A stretch of 64,000 nucleotides of DNA from the human T2T-CHM13v2.0 reference genome, Homo sapiens. Below the pieces are notes generated by a model. It searched no databases, was not told the origin of the DNA, and saw nothing but the letters and a program-made list of their open reading frames with translations. Every line of letters starts with the position of its first letter. The first letter of the stretch is position 1. Shown piece after piece: positions 13,198 to 26,496 of the stretch. The position numbers and the translations under genes are program-made. Location: assembly GCF_009914755.1 (NCBI RefSeq), contig NC_060928.1; one strand, 5' to 3'.

Positions 13198-16100
13198 AAT
13201 TGTAGTTACTAAAACTAAGGTGTTAGGTTTAGACACAAATGGTTTAATGCCAGATCTTTCCTGACTCCCTGAATTCTTCAGACTCTTCATCTGTAAAGAA
13301 AGCGTTGGTGATATTATTCACAGGGTTGTTGTAAAGATTAACTGATATACATGGAATGAATGTAATAAGTTAAATCTGATGAAAGTGCAAATAGGATTTA
13401 ATTTTATCATTTTCCCATCATGCCACCCATCTATACTATGTTGGGTTTCCCTCCCCTATCCCAAAGTCATAAATGGGGCTGATATCTTGGCTCTCATAAT
13501 TTGGTTACAAAAAAACCAGAGATAAGTGAAAATGTTATTATTCAATTTTTTGAATTTAGAATTTTGTCCTAGGTTTTTATCTGTACTTCAATTTCACATA
13601 TAATTAATTATTCTCCTTGTTCTGCAACTGAAGTGTAATCTTTCCTACTAATGAAATACACACTGGCTGTTGTGTGGTCTTTCACTCTTAGGGTCAGTGG
13701 AGGGGATTATTTTAGAAGAAAATGAGCACAAATCTCACATCCTGTTGTTACAATCATTTTTTCTTGGCCATTATGTTTTCATTAGAGAGGGCCTCCGAGT
13801 CCAGGCTCTATGATAAGTTTTCATAGTCACTGCACAATTCCTTTCCTTCAGATTCTGCTTTCTGGCCATTGCAGTATGATCCTGGTAACTGCCTGCCTTC
13901 AAAGTTACGTATGCAAGAAACAAAATATTCATCTTTGGTCACACGTGTCCCCAAACTCCAGAAGACATAAGTCAAGTTCTTCCAAGAACTTTCTTGTCAT
14001 ATTTTCCCTTGCCTGTTGGCAGAAAGAGTGCCCTAGTTTTCATAGCTCTGCGCATATTCAGCTAGTACCCACTAAATCTTCAGGAATGCATTTCTCAGAA
14101 CCCTCTTCTCCTGCCTGGAGGTAAGTTAGAATGACATTTTCTCTTCCCCCAAGACTGGATGTGCAAGGGAAACACCAAATCTTTCTCTCCTAAGTCAAAA
14201 ACGTCCTCACTCTTTGATTCTCTATCTAAAATTGCAGATTTCTAAATGTGTCTTTAAAGATTGGCAGTGAGTAATGGGCTGATAATGTCTGTACCAGTTT
14301 TGCTATCTTGGAAAGCCTAGATGTGGCTCTCTATTACCTTTTGTCTGCAGCTAACAGGCCTTAGCAAAAATTCAGAGACAACTGAAAACATTCCTTTCCA
14401 GACCTGGTAAGAGGCTTTTTAAACAACGAAATGTAACATAGTTTATAGTGTGACTATATAATGTGTTTATGTACTATAAACACAGTAGCTATTATTACCT
14501 CCAAAACTGTCAGAAAATGTTTTATTAGTAGCCTCACTGGTAAATAAATCTCTGGTCTAAGATGTATATATGAAATTACTGTGATATGACATCTATATAG
14601 ATAGATATAATTCCAAAAATTTGTGGTAGAATGTTCAAAAGAGACAACTACCATTTTTCTAGGATTTTTCTTGAGCACTTAGAACTGAATAAACTTTAAA
14701 AAATGTGGGGGTCTGGAATATAGCAGTAAATATCATCGACCTTCCAATGATCTGACTAAAAAGCTTGCTGAAATTGTTCAGTGAAGAGAGCCCTAGGTTC
14801 CCTGGCTAAGTGACCTCACACAAATCTCTTATCTCCCCTAAACCTCTGAGAAAATGACTGACTTAGATAAGATCTGCTTTCAGACAAACTCATTCAAAAT
14901 ATCAAGTGTAACACATGAGTAATTTGCTCAAATATAAGGAGCTCTTGGCAAACAAGAAAAAAATGGTTGTAGAAAAATAACTTGTTTCATTTATTTGAAG
15001 TCTAATATTTCAGCCAGCATCTATGTAAAGGCAACCAGTTTTGCTCAACTATGATAGATGGTCATTTAATAATTCCACATCAAATAAGACTATTTTCTTT
15101 GTCATGTAAATGGAAAGCTCCCATTAACATTCATGGAATTATTAACAACAGACATCTCTAGGTGAGAAATATTGCCAAGTACCTCTTGCAGAGGATAGTT
15201 GTATCTTTGATCTTGCTAATCTATGGAGCTATTTCTGCAGAATTTCAATTTTTGAGCAGCTACATTACTAATGCATTTTTACTTTTCTAAGATATGTGAT
15301 CCAAAGTAACCATTATTTCCAGACTTCTTAAAATATGCAATAGTATTCAAGGAAAATACAGATCATAAGCAGCCTAAACACTGAATGACTTATTTGGGTG
15401 GCAGGAGAAGCATCCCCAGAGAAAACCGTTATTAATAATTGTAATTAATTTTGGTGTGGCAATATCCACAAAGATATGCAACACTGAGCTAAGTAATTTC
15501 TTTCCAGATAATTCTTTCTGACAAATAATTCATTTGGTTTTCTAAGATATGTTAATGAGTTAAATAAAGTGCCCTAGATAGATTTCTCAACTGGTATAGA
15601 AAATTAAAAATGGCTGCCCCTAACTAATCCCTGTGTTTATATTCACAAACTTTTAATCACTTCTCGGTTCCCCTATAATATTTAGTTCTTAGTTAGTAAG
15701 GGTTTTGGTTGTCTTTTTTTTACATGTCTTAACTGATCTAAAGAACTGTGTGGAAACACTAGCTCCTAATTTGCTGCAATGTCCATTTAATAACAATCTG
15801 CTTCAGTTCTATCCCTCTGTTTGCATTTGAAAACAACACGTTGAGTGATGTATTGGAAATATGCCTAAAGTGTTGACAAGCACCAAGAAGCAGCATCCAG
15901 TGTTCCTTCTGCAGAGGAGAGGACATTTTCTGCTGCATTATGAAGGATGAATTTCATGGAGGCAGCACTATGTTAGGAATCAGTAAATTTATGTTTCAGT
16001 TTAACATCTTCCACCAACTTAACACCCAGCTTTGGGTAAATTTAATGTGATCTCAAAATGCAGAGTGTGGCTTCCATAAAACGCAACTACTTGCATTTTC

Positions 16101-18392
16101 CCTGCCTCAACTACTTGCAAAACTTCTATCAGGATAGAAGGTGTTTATAGATGTAAATCATAATGCAAATATTTCAAAAATATTGTTATTTTTACAATAC
16201 ACAACATAGATAAGCATCATACTTTTAAAATTAAGTATTTATATTATAGTTGTAGTATTAAGTTAGCAGCTTGTCCTATTATTTCACAGTGCTGGGCAGA
16301 ATAAGCAATGATTAGTGATTAATAAGCAATGATTTCATAATGAATGAACTCTGTCAATTTTGATGATTTGGTAACTTTATCAGTTGACCCAAGTATATAT
16401 TTATTTGTGCTGCAGAGATTTCAAGATGCTTGCTAAGTAATTCCCTATTGGTTTTCTTTGATATTACACATTAGCTTTGCTTTGATTCAAGAAAATCATT
16501 ATCTGAGTGTTAGAATTTGAGAAATCCAAACAATATACCAAGTTCATAACATCATCCTTCCATCTTGATGTGTGTTAATTTTTCTTATGTAGATTATCTT
16601 TTCTCTCTTTGTGAGCCTGGTTGTAATTCCTTCTCCTTTGATATTATTTTCAGTAACTTACTAAATTGTTTAAGCAAACTCAGGAAACTAAAGGCCACCA
16701 CGATCTTGAAATTTAGTTTGTGTAATGAATGAAGGATCTAGGAAGGGATTTATTCTTCATTGTCACCTATGCAATAGGTGTAAATGCCTAGTCAGGCATT
16801 TCATTTTTGAAAATTACTGACATCCTCTATGCCAAAGCACCCTTCACAGTACCTCGCAGATAGCTGTCACTCAGTTTAGATGGAGCTCTTTCCTTTTGAG
16901 GTACTTGATCTTTAGTATGTTCATTTATGCTTATTAAATTTTGAAATAGCTCTTTCTTTTGAATTATTTTCCTAGCACTGTAGTTTCTTAAGGATTGCAA
17001 AATCAAATTCTCTTCAACACCATCCACTTCCCTGAAAATCTGTGTCTATTTCAACATAAAAGTCAAGGATATGACTATTTATATCTGATATTCAGTCTGA
17101 ATGTGTATTCTCTAGAAATCTTTAAATTTTTTTCTCTTGATGAATCCTAAATCATCTCTGAAATTTCAACTTTCTTTTGTGTTCTACTGTCATGTTCTTA
17201 TTTCATTTGTGAATATAAACACTATTTCTCCACAAACTAAACACTTTTAATGTTTTATGTAAAAGTTTATTCACTCTTTAAGAGAATTATAATTGACAGT
17301 CAATGTGTACTTAAATTTTTCTATGCTCTCATTGTATTGGTTGGATAAATTGACCTTGTAGAGATATATCTGGAAGGATAATTCTCAATAAATCCTCCAC
17401 TTCACTAGTCAAAATAATTTTCTGCTTGGGCACTGATGTTTCTAATGGTGTTCATTTTTTTTCCAAGACTGAGTGATTATAGTCATTTGGACATGGATTT
17501 CACAGTTTGTTACAATGGGACAGTTTATAAACAAGTAAATAAGATATCATATGCATCACAAGTGTCAGATGAAGTCAAGCAGTGGAATTGCAATTAATAT
17601 AAAGAGATTCAGTAATGGAGAAATGCCAAACAATATCAGAAAGAAGCCAAATGAAATAAATTCATTTCCACTATACAAATGAACACAGCTCCAGTCTAGG
17701 ATTTTACTCTATTCTGTATGTGTACCCAATCTAGATTTTCTAACCATAAAAGAGCCATAATTAAATGCAAATTTGTGATTGGTGTCAGTGTGCCAGGAGA
17801 GCTACTTTCTTACCTTTACCTTTGCTGAAGTCAAAGATCTGCTTAATCTTTATGACCAATTATATGCTATTCTAGTACCATGTCTTGAATTGTTTCTAGG
17901 TCAAGTAACCAAACATTTTTTTCTGCACACCTTCATGTTTCCCCAGAGACCATTCTGGCACATTAATAGTGATTCTTGATACCCACTTCTATCCATTTCT
18001 TTCAGAAGCTGTATATCAACTGATTTTAATACTGCACTATACCAGCATAAAACATGCACAAAATTACCCAGCTTGTATCAGGAAAACTTTCATTTATAAT
18101 AAGAACTTTGCAATCTGATGTATTTATTTGTGACAAATACTTGGTAGTGATGGATACAAATTATATTTATATATTTAATTTTTTAAAGTAATATTTGGGG
18201 ATCAGGGCAACCAGAATCAGAACCGAAATACAAAGCATTGTGTGGAACCCAAGAACATATTTGATGAATCTATATCCATAAGCATGAAGCAAGTGGAGGC
18301 TAATACTCTCCCCAAGTGAGAAGAAGGCCTTGAAAGGTTTGTTGCTGGAAACCAGAGGCTGGAGTAGCATTCTTGAGCGGCTGTTTAAGCAA

Positions 18393-18959
<567 letters not shown>

Positions 18960-18973
18960 AAGAAACTATTTCA

Positions 18974-19275
18974 GGCCAGGCACAGTGGCTCATGCCTATA
19001 ATCCCAGCACTTTGGGAGGTCGAGGCAGGCAGATCACTAGGTCAGGAGATCGATACCATCCTAGCTAACATGGTGTAACCCAGCCAAGCGCAGTGACATG
19101 TATCTGTAATCCCAGCTACTTGGTAGGCTGAGGCAGGAGAATCACTTGAACCTGGAGGCGGAGGTTGCAGTGAGCCAAGATCGTGCCACTGGACTCCAGC
19201 CCAGGTGACAGAGCGAGACTCTGTCTCAATAAAACCAAAAAAAACAAAAAACACAAAAACAAACAAACAATAAAA
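18974..19275 (+). mobile_element. AluS (Sc-like) lacking the central A-rich linker
   Basis: ggccaggcacagtggctca...catggtgtaaccc joined directly to agcc of the right arm; A-rich tail. Confidence 0.95.
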
Positions 19276-19445
19276 CACTTCCATCCCTTGATTGTTGACT
19301 ATAGGTACAAAGCTGAAGCTGTACATAGCAAGAAAAATTTAGACACATCTACCCACTATGTTGATGTCCCCATACCAATTTTGAGCAGGACCTGTGACTC
19401 AACATTACAGATCTTGCAAAACCAAGAGATAATTGTTATAACCAT

Positions 19446-19896
19446 TGTCCAAGGTGGGGCCCCAATCTGCCTCCTGGTGTTCATGTCCTTGTTTACTCTC
19501 CTCATATATTGATTAGGACTGCCTTCTATCACCAATGAGGTGCTGTGGAAACGAGAGTGACATCATACAAAATACATGACATCCATCTTACTCTCTTTTG
19601 CATCACTCACACTAGGGAAGCCAGTTGCCATGTTAGAGGATACTCAAGAAGCCCTATGGAGAGGTCAATTTGCTGATAAAAGGAAGCCTTCTACCAATAG
19701 CCGCATGAATGAGCTATCCTTGAAAAGAATCCTACAGTTCTAGTCAAGCCTTCAGATGAATATAAATATGGCTGATACTTTGATTACAAGTTCATAGGAA
19801 ACCATAAACAAGAGCCACCTAGCTAAGCTTCTCCAGAATTTATGACCCACAGACACTGTGCGACAATGAATGTTTACTATTTTAAATCTCTATTTG
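19446..19896 (+). mobile_element. MLT1F-like LTR
   Basis: gaagccagttgccatgt; gccctatggagagg; agtcaagccttcagatga; tgacccacagacactgtg. Confidence 0.8.
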
Positions 19897-19901
19897 AATA
19901 A

Positions 19902-20269
19902 AGTATTAGTTCATTTTCACACTGCTGATAAAGAAAGACATACTAAAGACTGGGCAATTTACAAAAGAAAGAGGTTTATTGGACTTACAGTTCCACATGG
20001 CAGGGGAGGCCTCACAATCATGGTGGAAGGTAAAAGGGACTTCTCATGTGGTGGTGACAAGAGAGAGAATAAGAGCCAAGAGAAACAGGTTTCCTATTAT
20101 CAAACCATCAGTCCTTGTGAGACTTACTCACTACCATGAGAACAGTATGGGGGAAACTGCCCCCATGATTCAATTATCTCCCACTGGGTCCCTCCCACAA
20201 CACATGGGAATTATGGGAGCTACAATTAAAGATGAGATTTGGGTGAGGGCACAGAGCCAAACCATATCA
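19902..20269 (-). mobile_element. THE1A/B solo LTR
   Basis: gtattagttcattttcacactgctgataaag...gccaaaccatatca; TSD aataa at 19897-19901 and 20270-20274. Confidence 0.95.
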
Positions 20270-20630
20270 AATAATTTTATTAAAATTATCATTAGGAAAC
20301 AGACACCACAATTAATTATTAAGTTAAGAATACAGTTTAGTGAAACTTTTTTTTTTTTAGAATGTGCTGACAAGGGTTTTGAGATAAGTATGTTTAGGTT
20401 ACTCAAAAAAATAAGTAAGGGAAAAACATCCATATAAAGAAAACTTCAAAAGCAAATGAAAAAGAACAGCCAGACAAGGAAAAGAACGAGTTAGACACCT
20501 TAAAATGTTAAAGACAGTCACTGATTTAATCTTTTAATTCAACATAAATGATAGAACACACCTGTATTTAATAAATTAGAAAATCCATTTACATAATAAC
20601 AGATATCAGTTGTCCATATAATATGTTTTG

Positions 20631-21026
20631 TGTGACTTGCTTTGAACCAATAGAAATAGCAAAGGGAATGGAAGGTACAAGATTATGGTTACCTGATTAC
20701 ATTGTGTTAGATTGTAGCACCTGTCTGGCTGAAGTCTCTCTCACCCTCTTTCTCTCTCCCCCTACCCCACTGGCTTCAAGAAGGCGGAACCCACACTAGG
20801 AAATGAAATGTCCCAAGAAAATGCAGGTGGTCTCCAGGAGATGAGGATGGCATTTGACTAAAAGCCAAGATAAAACTGAAATCTTCAATCCTACAGCTGT
20901 AAGAAACTAAATTGTGCTAACTACCTGAAAAAATGTAGAAGCAGATCTTTCCCTAGTTATTCCTCAGATAGGACTGCAAAATCCTGACCTGCAAAACCTG
21001 TGAGATAATAAATGTGTGTTGCTTTA
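20631..21026 (+). mobile_element. MLT1E-family LTR, partial
   Basis: tgtgacttgc...ccaatagaa; ctgtgagataataaatgtgtgttg. Confidence 0.8.
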
Positions 21027-22237
21027 TGACCGGTACACATGTCACACTCAGCATTGATATTTAACTCCAGAGACACTGGGATTAGTGAGGGTCCTCCCTG
21101 AGACCCAGTTGTCTTTATTCTCAGCATTTAATGGAGTAATCTTTCGTGCCTTTCAGACCTTGGGCCCATTTGTACACTTCATTCCTGGTTTTCAGAGATT
21201 TCTACAACCAAGACCTCAATTCTTTTTCAGAGAATATTGCTGCTTATATGCTATCCATCTTCAGGGATTTACTTTCCACTAGTGACCCTGTTCAACTTGA
21301 TTCAATAAGGGCAAGAATATTTTCTTCAGGCTGCATTCAAACTCACCTTTTTTTTCTCTGCAGCTGTAAGAACTCCCAGCTCCTTGGAGACTTTTAAGAA
21401 CAAACTGAAAATGCTCTTATTTGTCTAGGCTTAGCTGTCGGCTAATATGCTAAGAGTGTATTTTATATTGTATTTTCATCATAGCCCTTTGAAATGCTTT
21501 GCATAAAAGACCCTTTATAACTGTCTCTGCCCTTCCTCTCTTGCCTATAGAAGTGAGTTCTGCACTAGGGAGAAGGACTATTTATTTCACCTCCTCCTGT
21601 TCTCACCCCCCTCCCCATTTACTACTTCTCCATTTTTGGTGAAAGGCACTTGATTGAAGGAAACTTGCCAGCAGCACTCTCTTTTAACTCCTTCATGCCT
21701 GCCTCCTGCCAGCTCTCTGGGCATTTAGAAAGAGCTAGCCAAGATGAATACCCTTCTTGGTTATAAAGGTGCCATATGAATGTACAGTCTTTGGGCACAT
21801 AATTCTACCATTCACCTATGACAAATATAAAAAGCCAGCATCATATTTAAAAAGAGGTGCTGCTTTCCTTGGGACAAACAAATAGAGTCTAGAACATTAT
21901 TGAAATTGCTCATTCAATTATTGTGATGCTCATATAGAAAGTATTACATGATGCAGAAATAAAAGAGATGAAAAACAACTTATTAGGTGTCTAAGTGGTT
22001 TTAGACTTTGTATATTTGACACATCATTTGATCATCAAAGTAAGCTAAAATTGATATTTTTGTTTTTACAGATGAGAAAACAAAGCCTGAGTTTGGTCAA
22101 TTGTCTCCAAATAATTGTAATTAGCAAATCCAAGATCTGTATAACTTCCTTTTCATTCCAAACCCTTGGTTCCAACACTAATTGTTTTATCTTTGGTCAA
22201 ATAAATTATCTGTGCTTGAATTTTTAAATTATTTGCC

Positions 22238-22802
22238 TCATCTATTGCTGTATAACAAATTGCCACAAGCTTAAGAGCTTAAAACAACCCACGTTTCTTA
22301 AAAGAACTCAGATTAGAACTCTGGGTATGGCTTAGCTGAGTCCTCTACTTCAAGTCTCCCAGGTTGGAATCAAAGTGGCCTGATCTGCATTCTCATCTGA
22401 GAAATGACCAGGGAATGAACTGCATCTACCCTTGTTCAGGGAGTTAGCAGAATTTAGTTTCTTGCAGCTGTTGGACCAAAGATCTGTTTTATCCTAACTT
22501 CTAGCTAGAGAACACCCTCATATCTTAGAAGCCACCTGTAGTTTTTTTACACACGAGGCTTTCCAGTGTGGGTTAAACCTCTTTGAGGGCAGCAAGAGAG
22601 AGAGAGGCACTGGGACTCTAGGAAGAAAGATGCTACAATCTAATACAATATAATCACATATCCCTAATCTTGTACATCCCATTCCCTTTGCTACTTCAAT
22701 TGGTTCAAAGCAAGTCACACCTAACTACACCCAAGAAGAGGGGATCACATGAACTCCATGAGGCAGAGATCATGGGACTACCTTAAGAGTCTGTTGACCA
22801 CA
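22238..22802 (-). mobile_element. MLT1E-family LTR, near full length
   Basis: tctattgctgtataacaaattgccacaa...aagcaagtcaca...gagtctgttgaccaca. Confidence 0.85.
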
Positions 22803-22823
22803 AAAGTAAGAAGGGTTATCAGT

Positions 22824-23298
22824 AATTCATTATGTTGTTGTAACATTATTGTGATATTATCAAACCCAAAGTAAGTGCTCAAGGAATATGATGTACCTAT
22901 TAAAGTTCAGGCATTTTTTTCTTACAAAAAGTATATAAAAATAGAAGCACTATAAGAAATAAACAAAGGTTCACCTCTTCATCACAATAAAGAAACAAAA
23001 TATCTTGCCTTCACAATTACTTCCTCTTAAGCAACTGACTTACTTCTTCACTACCAACCAACAATTCATTATGTTGTTGTAACATTATTGTGATATTATC
23101 AAACTCAAAATAAGTGCTCAAGGAATATGATGTACCTATTAAAGCTCAGGCATTTTTTTTCTTACAAAAAGTATATAAAAATAGAAGGACTATAAGAAAT
23201 AAACAAAGGTTCACCTCTTCATCACAATAAAGAAACAAAAAAATCTTGCGTTCACAATTACTTCCTCCTAAAGCAACTGACTTACTTCACTACCAACC
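22824..23298 (+). repeat. Two-copy tandem duplication, period 239 bp, about 96% identical
   Basis: aattcattatgttgttgtaac...ctaccaacc at 22824-23059 and 23063-23298. Confidence 0.97.
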
Positions 23299-23879
23299 TT
23301 GAAAGAATAACCACTATTCATTGACATCACCTGTTCATATTTCACTCAAGAAGTTTCAATCTGATTTCTTCCCACTGACAAAGATGCCAATAAAATAGTA
23401 AAAGTCAAATTCAACAGCCTTTATTCTGCTCTCCCCTATCATATCGGATAACATTGAAAATATCTCTTAACACTGTTCACCAATCACTGTATGTTTCATT
23501 GCAGTATTTTCTTTTTATCTTCTCCTTCTTATGACTCTTGGACTTCCATTATTTGTCTGTTTTTTGTCCTTTCATATTAGCATTTATGTTTCATATGAAC
23601 AAAAAGTTTTTTATATACATATTGCTGTGTTTACAGAGTTAGAACAAAGCCTGGCTATTGCAATCATCTGATACTTGATTGTGGAATGCATTAATAAATG
23701 AATGAAAGAAAAATACTCGCCCCCCAATACTATTGGTAAACCCAGTGGGGAGGTAAGGATGCCATCTACTATCATGATTCATTGTGGCCATTCATTCATT
23801 CACATATAATGTGACCTCCTTATCACAACAAGGTGGAATTTAAGAATAGTTTAAATTCTTATGTTCTTTAGTAATTTTT

Positions 23880-24250
23880 AGTATTTTGAACAGGTTATAT
23901 CTTCATTCATATCGGAATGAGTTTCAAAAGTATAAAAGCATTTATAGTAGAGGGTCTTCCTCTCGTGAAGCTGCCACTGATACCAATTTCTTTGTTACCA
24001 CGTATATTCTTTCAGAGATAATTCACATACATATATGTTTCTAGCTCTCCCACATAAAGGCAGCTGCTATGCATACTGTACTGGACCTATGGGTTTCACA
24101 CTCAATATATTATGGAGATTTTTTTTATCCATACATTGTGAATTCCCTTATTCATTTTTAATAGCTGCATAACATTCTCTTGTAAATATATATCATAACT
24201 TAATCAGCCATCCTAAATAAATCTAATTTATTTATATTGTTCCATAAATC
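23880..24250 (-). mobile_element. Old L1ME-like 3' fragment
   Basis: ttcatttttaatagctgcataacattctcttgtaaatatatatcataact is the reverse L1 ORF2 end. Confidence 0.6.
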
Positions 24251-24739
24251 AATTTACTTACTAAAAACAAAGGTGCTACAGGAATAAATTCTTATTTTTT
24301 AAATTAGTATAAACTTTGTGTTTTGAAATCCCTTTCTGTCAATCAAATGATGTGGATAGGAGTCATTCATTTCCAATGAATCCATCCAGCTAAAATGTTT
24401 GCTGAAGGGAGGAAAAAGAGGGAGAGAGAGAGCATCTTGTTTAATGTTTGAATATTTCAGCTAGAAAAAAGATAGTACTATAATAAAAAATTTATTGTTT
24501 CTAAGTTACTATCTCAAAACATTTATAATATGGTGGGTTTTTTTTGTAATTCAACTATTAGTATGAACCATGTATGACATCACTTATTTTAAAACTTTCA
24601 CACAATAAAGACCTGGGAGCTAAATTACTGGAAGATCTACATACGTCATGAAAATTAGTTTTGCATATTAAATTAGATTAACTTACTTCAAATTAACCCT
24701 CCTTGGTAGTGTAGAAAAGGCATTTTTGTGATCAATAAA

Positions 24740-25155
24740 TATAAATTTCCTTCTTCACATTTCTCAAACTTCTTTGCAGTTATTTTGGGGCCATGTGACT
24801 AATTCTAGCCAAAGAGCCACAGAAATGTGAATCGAATCAGTAAGTGTTACTTTAAGTCTGAGGCATTTAAGATTTGGTGTACCACTTCTATGCCATCTGT
24901 TCCCATCTTAAAGCCACTACAGAGTCCTCATGTTCCATGTCACAAAGCTATAAAAGTATGGGGCTTCCATCAGCCTTAGTCTCTGAGTGATTACATGGAG
25001 CAGATTCCCCTGTTCAACCAAACTTCCACCCAAAAAAAGACTCTTTTTTGATATGCAACATAAGCAAAAAATACACTTTTTTCTTATTGTGAACACATTA
25101 ATACTCATTGGCTTATTTGTTCCTATAGCATAGCTTACCTTATCCTGACTAATAT
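24740..25155 (+). mobile_element. MLT1K/L-like LTR
   Basis: ggccatgtgactaattctagcca; ccatcagcct...ctgagtga; tatcctgactaatata end. Confidence 0.7.
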
Positions 25156-25515
25156 AAATATTCATGGGAAAATCTAATTTTGGAATATATTTCTTCTTTT
25201 GTTCTGTAGCTTGAAAAGCCCTGAAAAATTCAATTTGAATACTGCAATTTTCAAAATACAGATATATCTATTGCCAGCAAGAAATATTCACGAACATGGC
25301 AGGATTTTTTTTTTACATTGATGCTTAAATTGAAGTGAAATCACTGAAAATGTAAATGTAAAGGAGTCCTTTATTGCTTGAATGTGGAATTGAAAATAAA
25401 CACAGTATGGAAGAGTTGAATGTACACATCTGAACCACACACAAATAGTATAGAGCCTAAAAAGTATATGGTAGTTATACTATTTGTGTGTGTGGTTCAA
25501 ATGTGTACATTCAAT

Positions 25516-26206
25516 GAAACAACAGGTGCTGGAGAGGATGTGGAGAAATAGGAACACTTTTACACTGTTGGTGGGACTGTAAACTAGTTCAACCATTGTG
25601 GAAGTCAGTGCGGCGATTCCTCAGGGATCTAGAACTAGAAATATCATTTGACCCAGCAATCCCATTACTGGGTATATACCCAAAGGAGTATAAATCATGC
25701 TGCTATAAAGACACGTGCACACATATGTTTATTGCGGCACTATTCACGATAGCAAAGACTTGGAACCAACCCAAATGTCCAACAATGATAGACTGGATTA
25801 AGAAAATGTGGCACATATACACCATGGAATACTATGCAGACATAAAAAATGATGAGTTCATGTCCTTTGTAGGGACATGGATGAAGCTGGAAACCATCAT
25901 TCTCAGCAAACTATCACAAGGACAAAAAACCAAACACTGCATGTTCTCATTCATAGGTGGGAATTGAACAATGAGAACACTTGGACACAGGAAGGGGAAC
26001 ATCACACACCAGGGCCTGTTGTGGGGTGGGGGGAGGGGGGAGGGATAGCATTAGGAGATATACCTAATGTAAATGACGATTTAATGGGTGCAGCACACCA
26101 ACATGGCACATGTATACATATGTAACAAACCTGCACGTTGTGCACATGTACCCTAGAACTTAAAGTATAATTTAAAAAAAAAAGAAAAGAAAAGAAAAAA
26201 AGAAAA
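25516..26206 (+). mobile_element. 5'-truncated L1PA4/5 (ORF2 C-terminus, 3'UTR, poly A)
   Basis: ORF 25596-25967 is L1 ORF2p C-terminus (DPAIPLLGIYPK...MWHIYTMEYY); ccctagaacttaaagtataa; TSD aaaaa[g/c]tatatggtagt at 25459-25475 and 26207-26223. Confidence 0.97.
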
Positions 26207-26496
26207 AAAAACTATATGGTAGTAGAAAAGAATGGGATAAGTCTAACTTTTGTATTCTCTGTTGACTCAGCTCATGGATACCATGAGCCTAAAAAGGCTT
26301 TATATTCAATGACTTCTGTTAGGTTGCTGCTGTATTATCAGTAAAAAATAATAACCAGATCATTCGTTAGGGCAGAATTTCAGAATCATGAATGTATACA
26401 ATGTTTTCAATGCCCCAAGAGGTGGAGATATTTCATATTTCTTTTAAGATTCCAGAAAATTTCAAATGCAAAGATAAGGAACAATTTTGGGGTGGC

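Noticed and set aside
18330-18392. Alternative RPL21 first exon captured upstream of the retrocopy
   Set aside because: A plausible TSD (aagcaac/aagaaac) at a TT/AAG site marks the junction, so the upstream DNA is ordinary flank.
22824-23298. CRISPR-like or satellite array
   Set aside because: Only two long adjacent copies with no spacers, in a eukaryotic context.
25596-25967. 123-aa ORF
   Set aside because: It is the C-terminal fragment of L1 ORF2p in a 5'-truncated copy.
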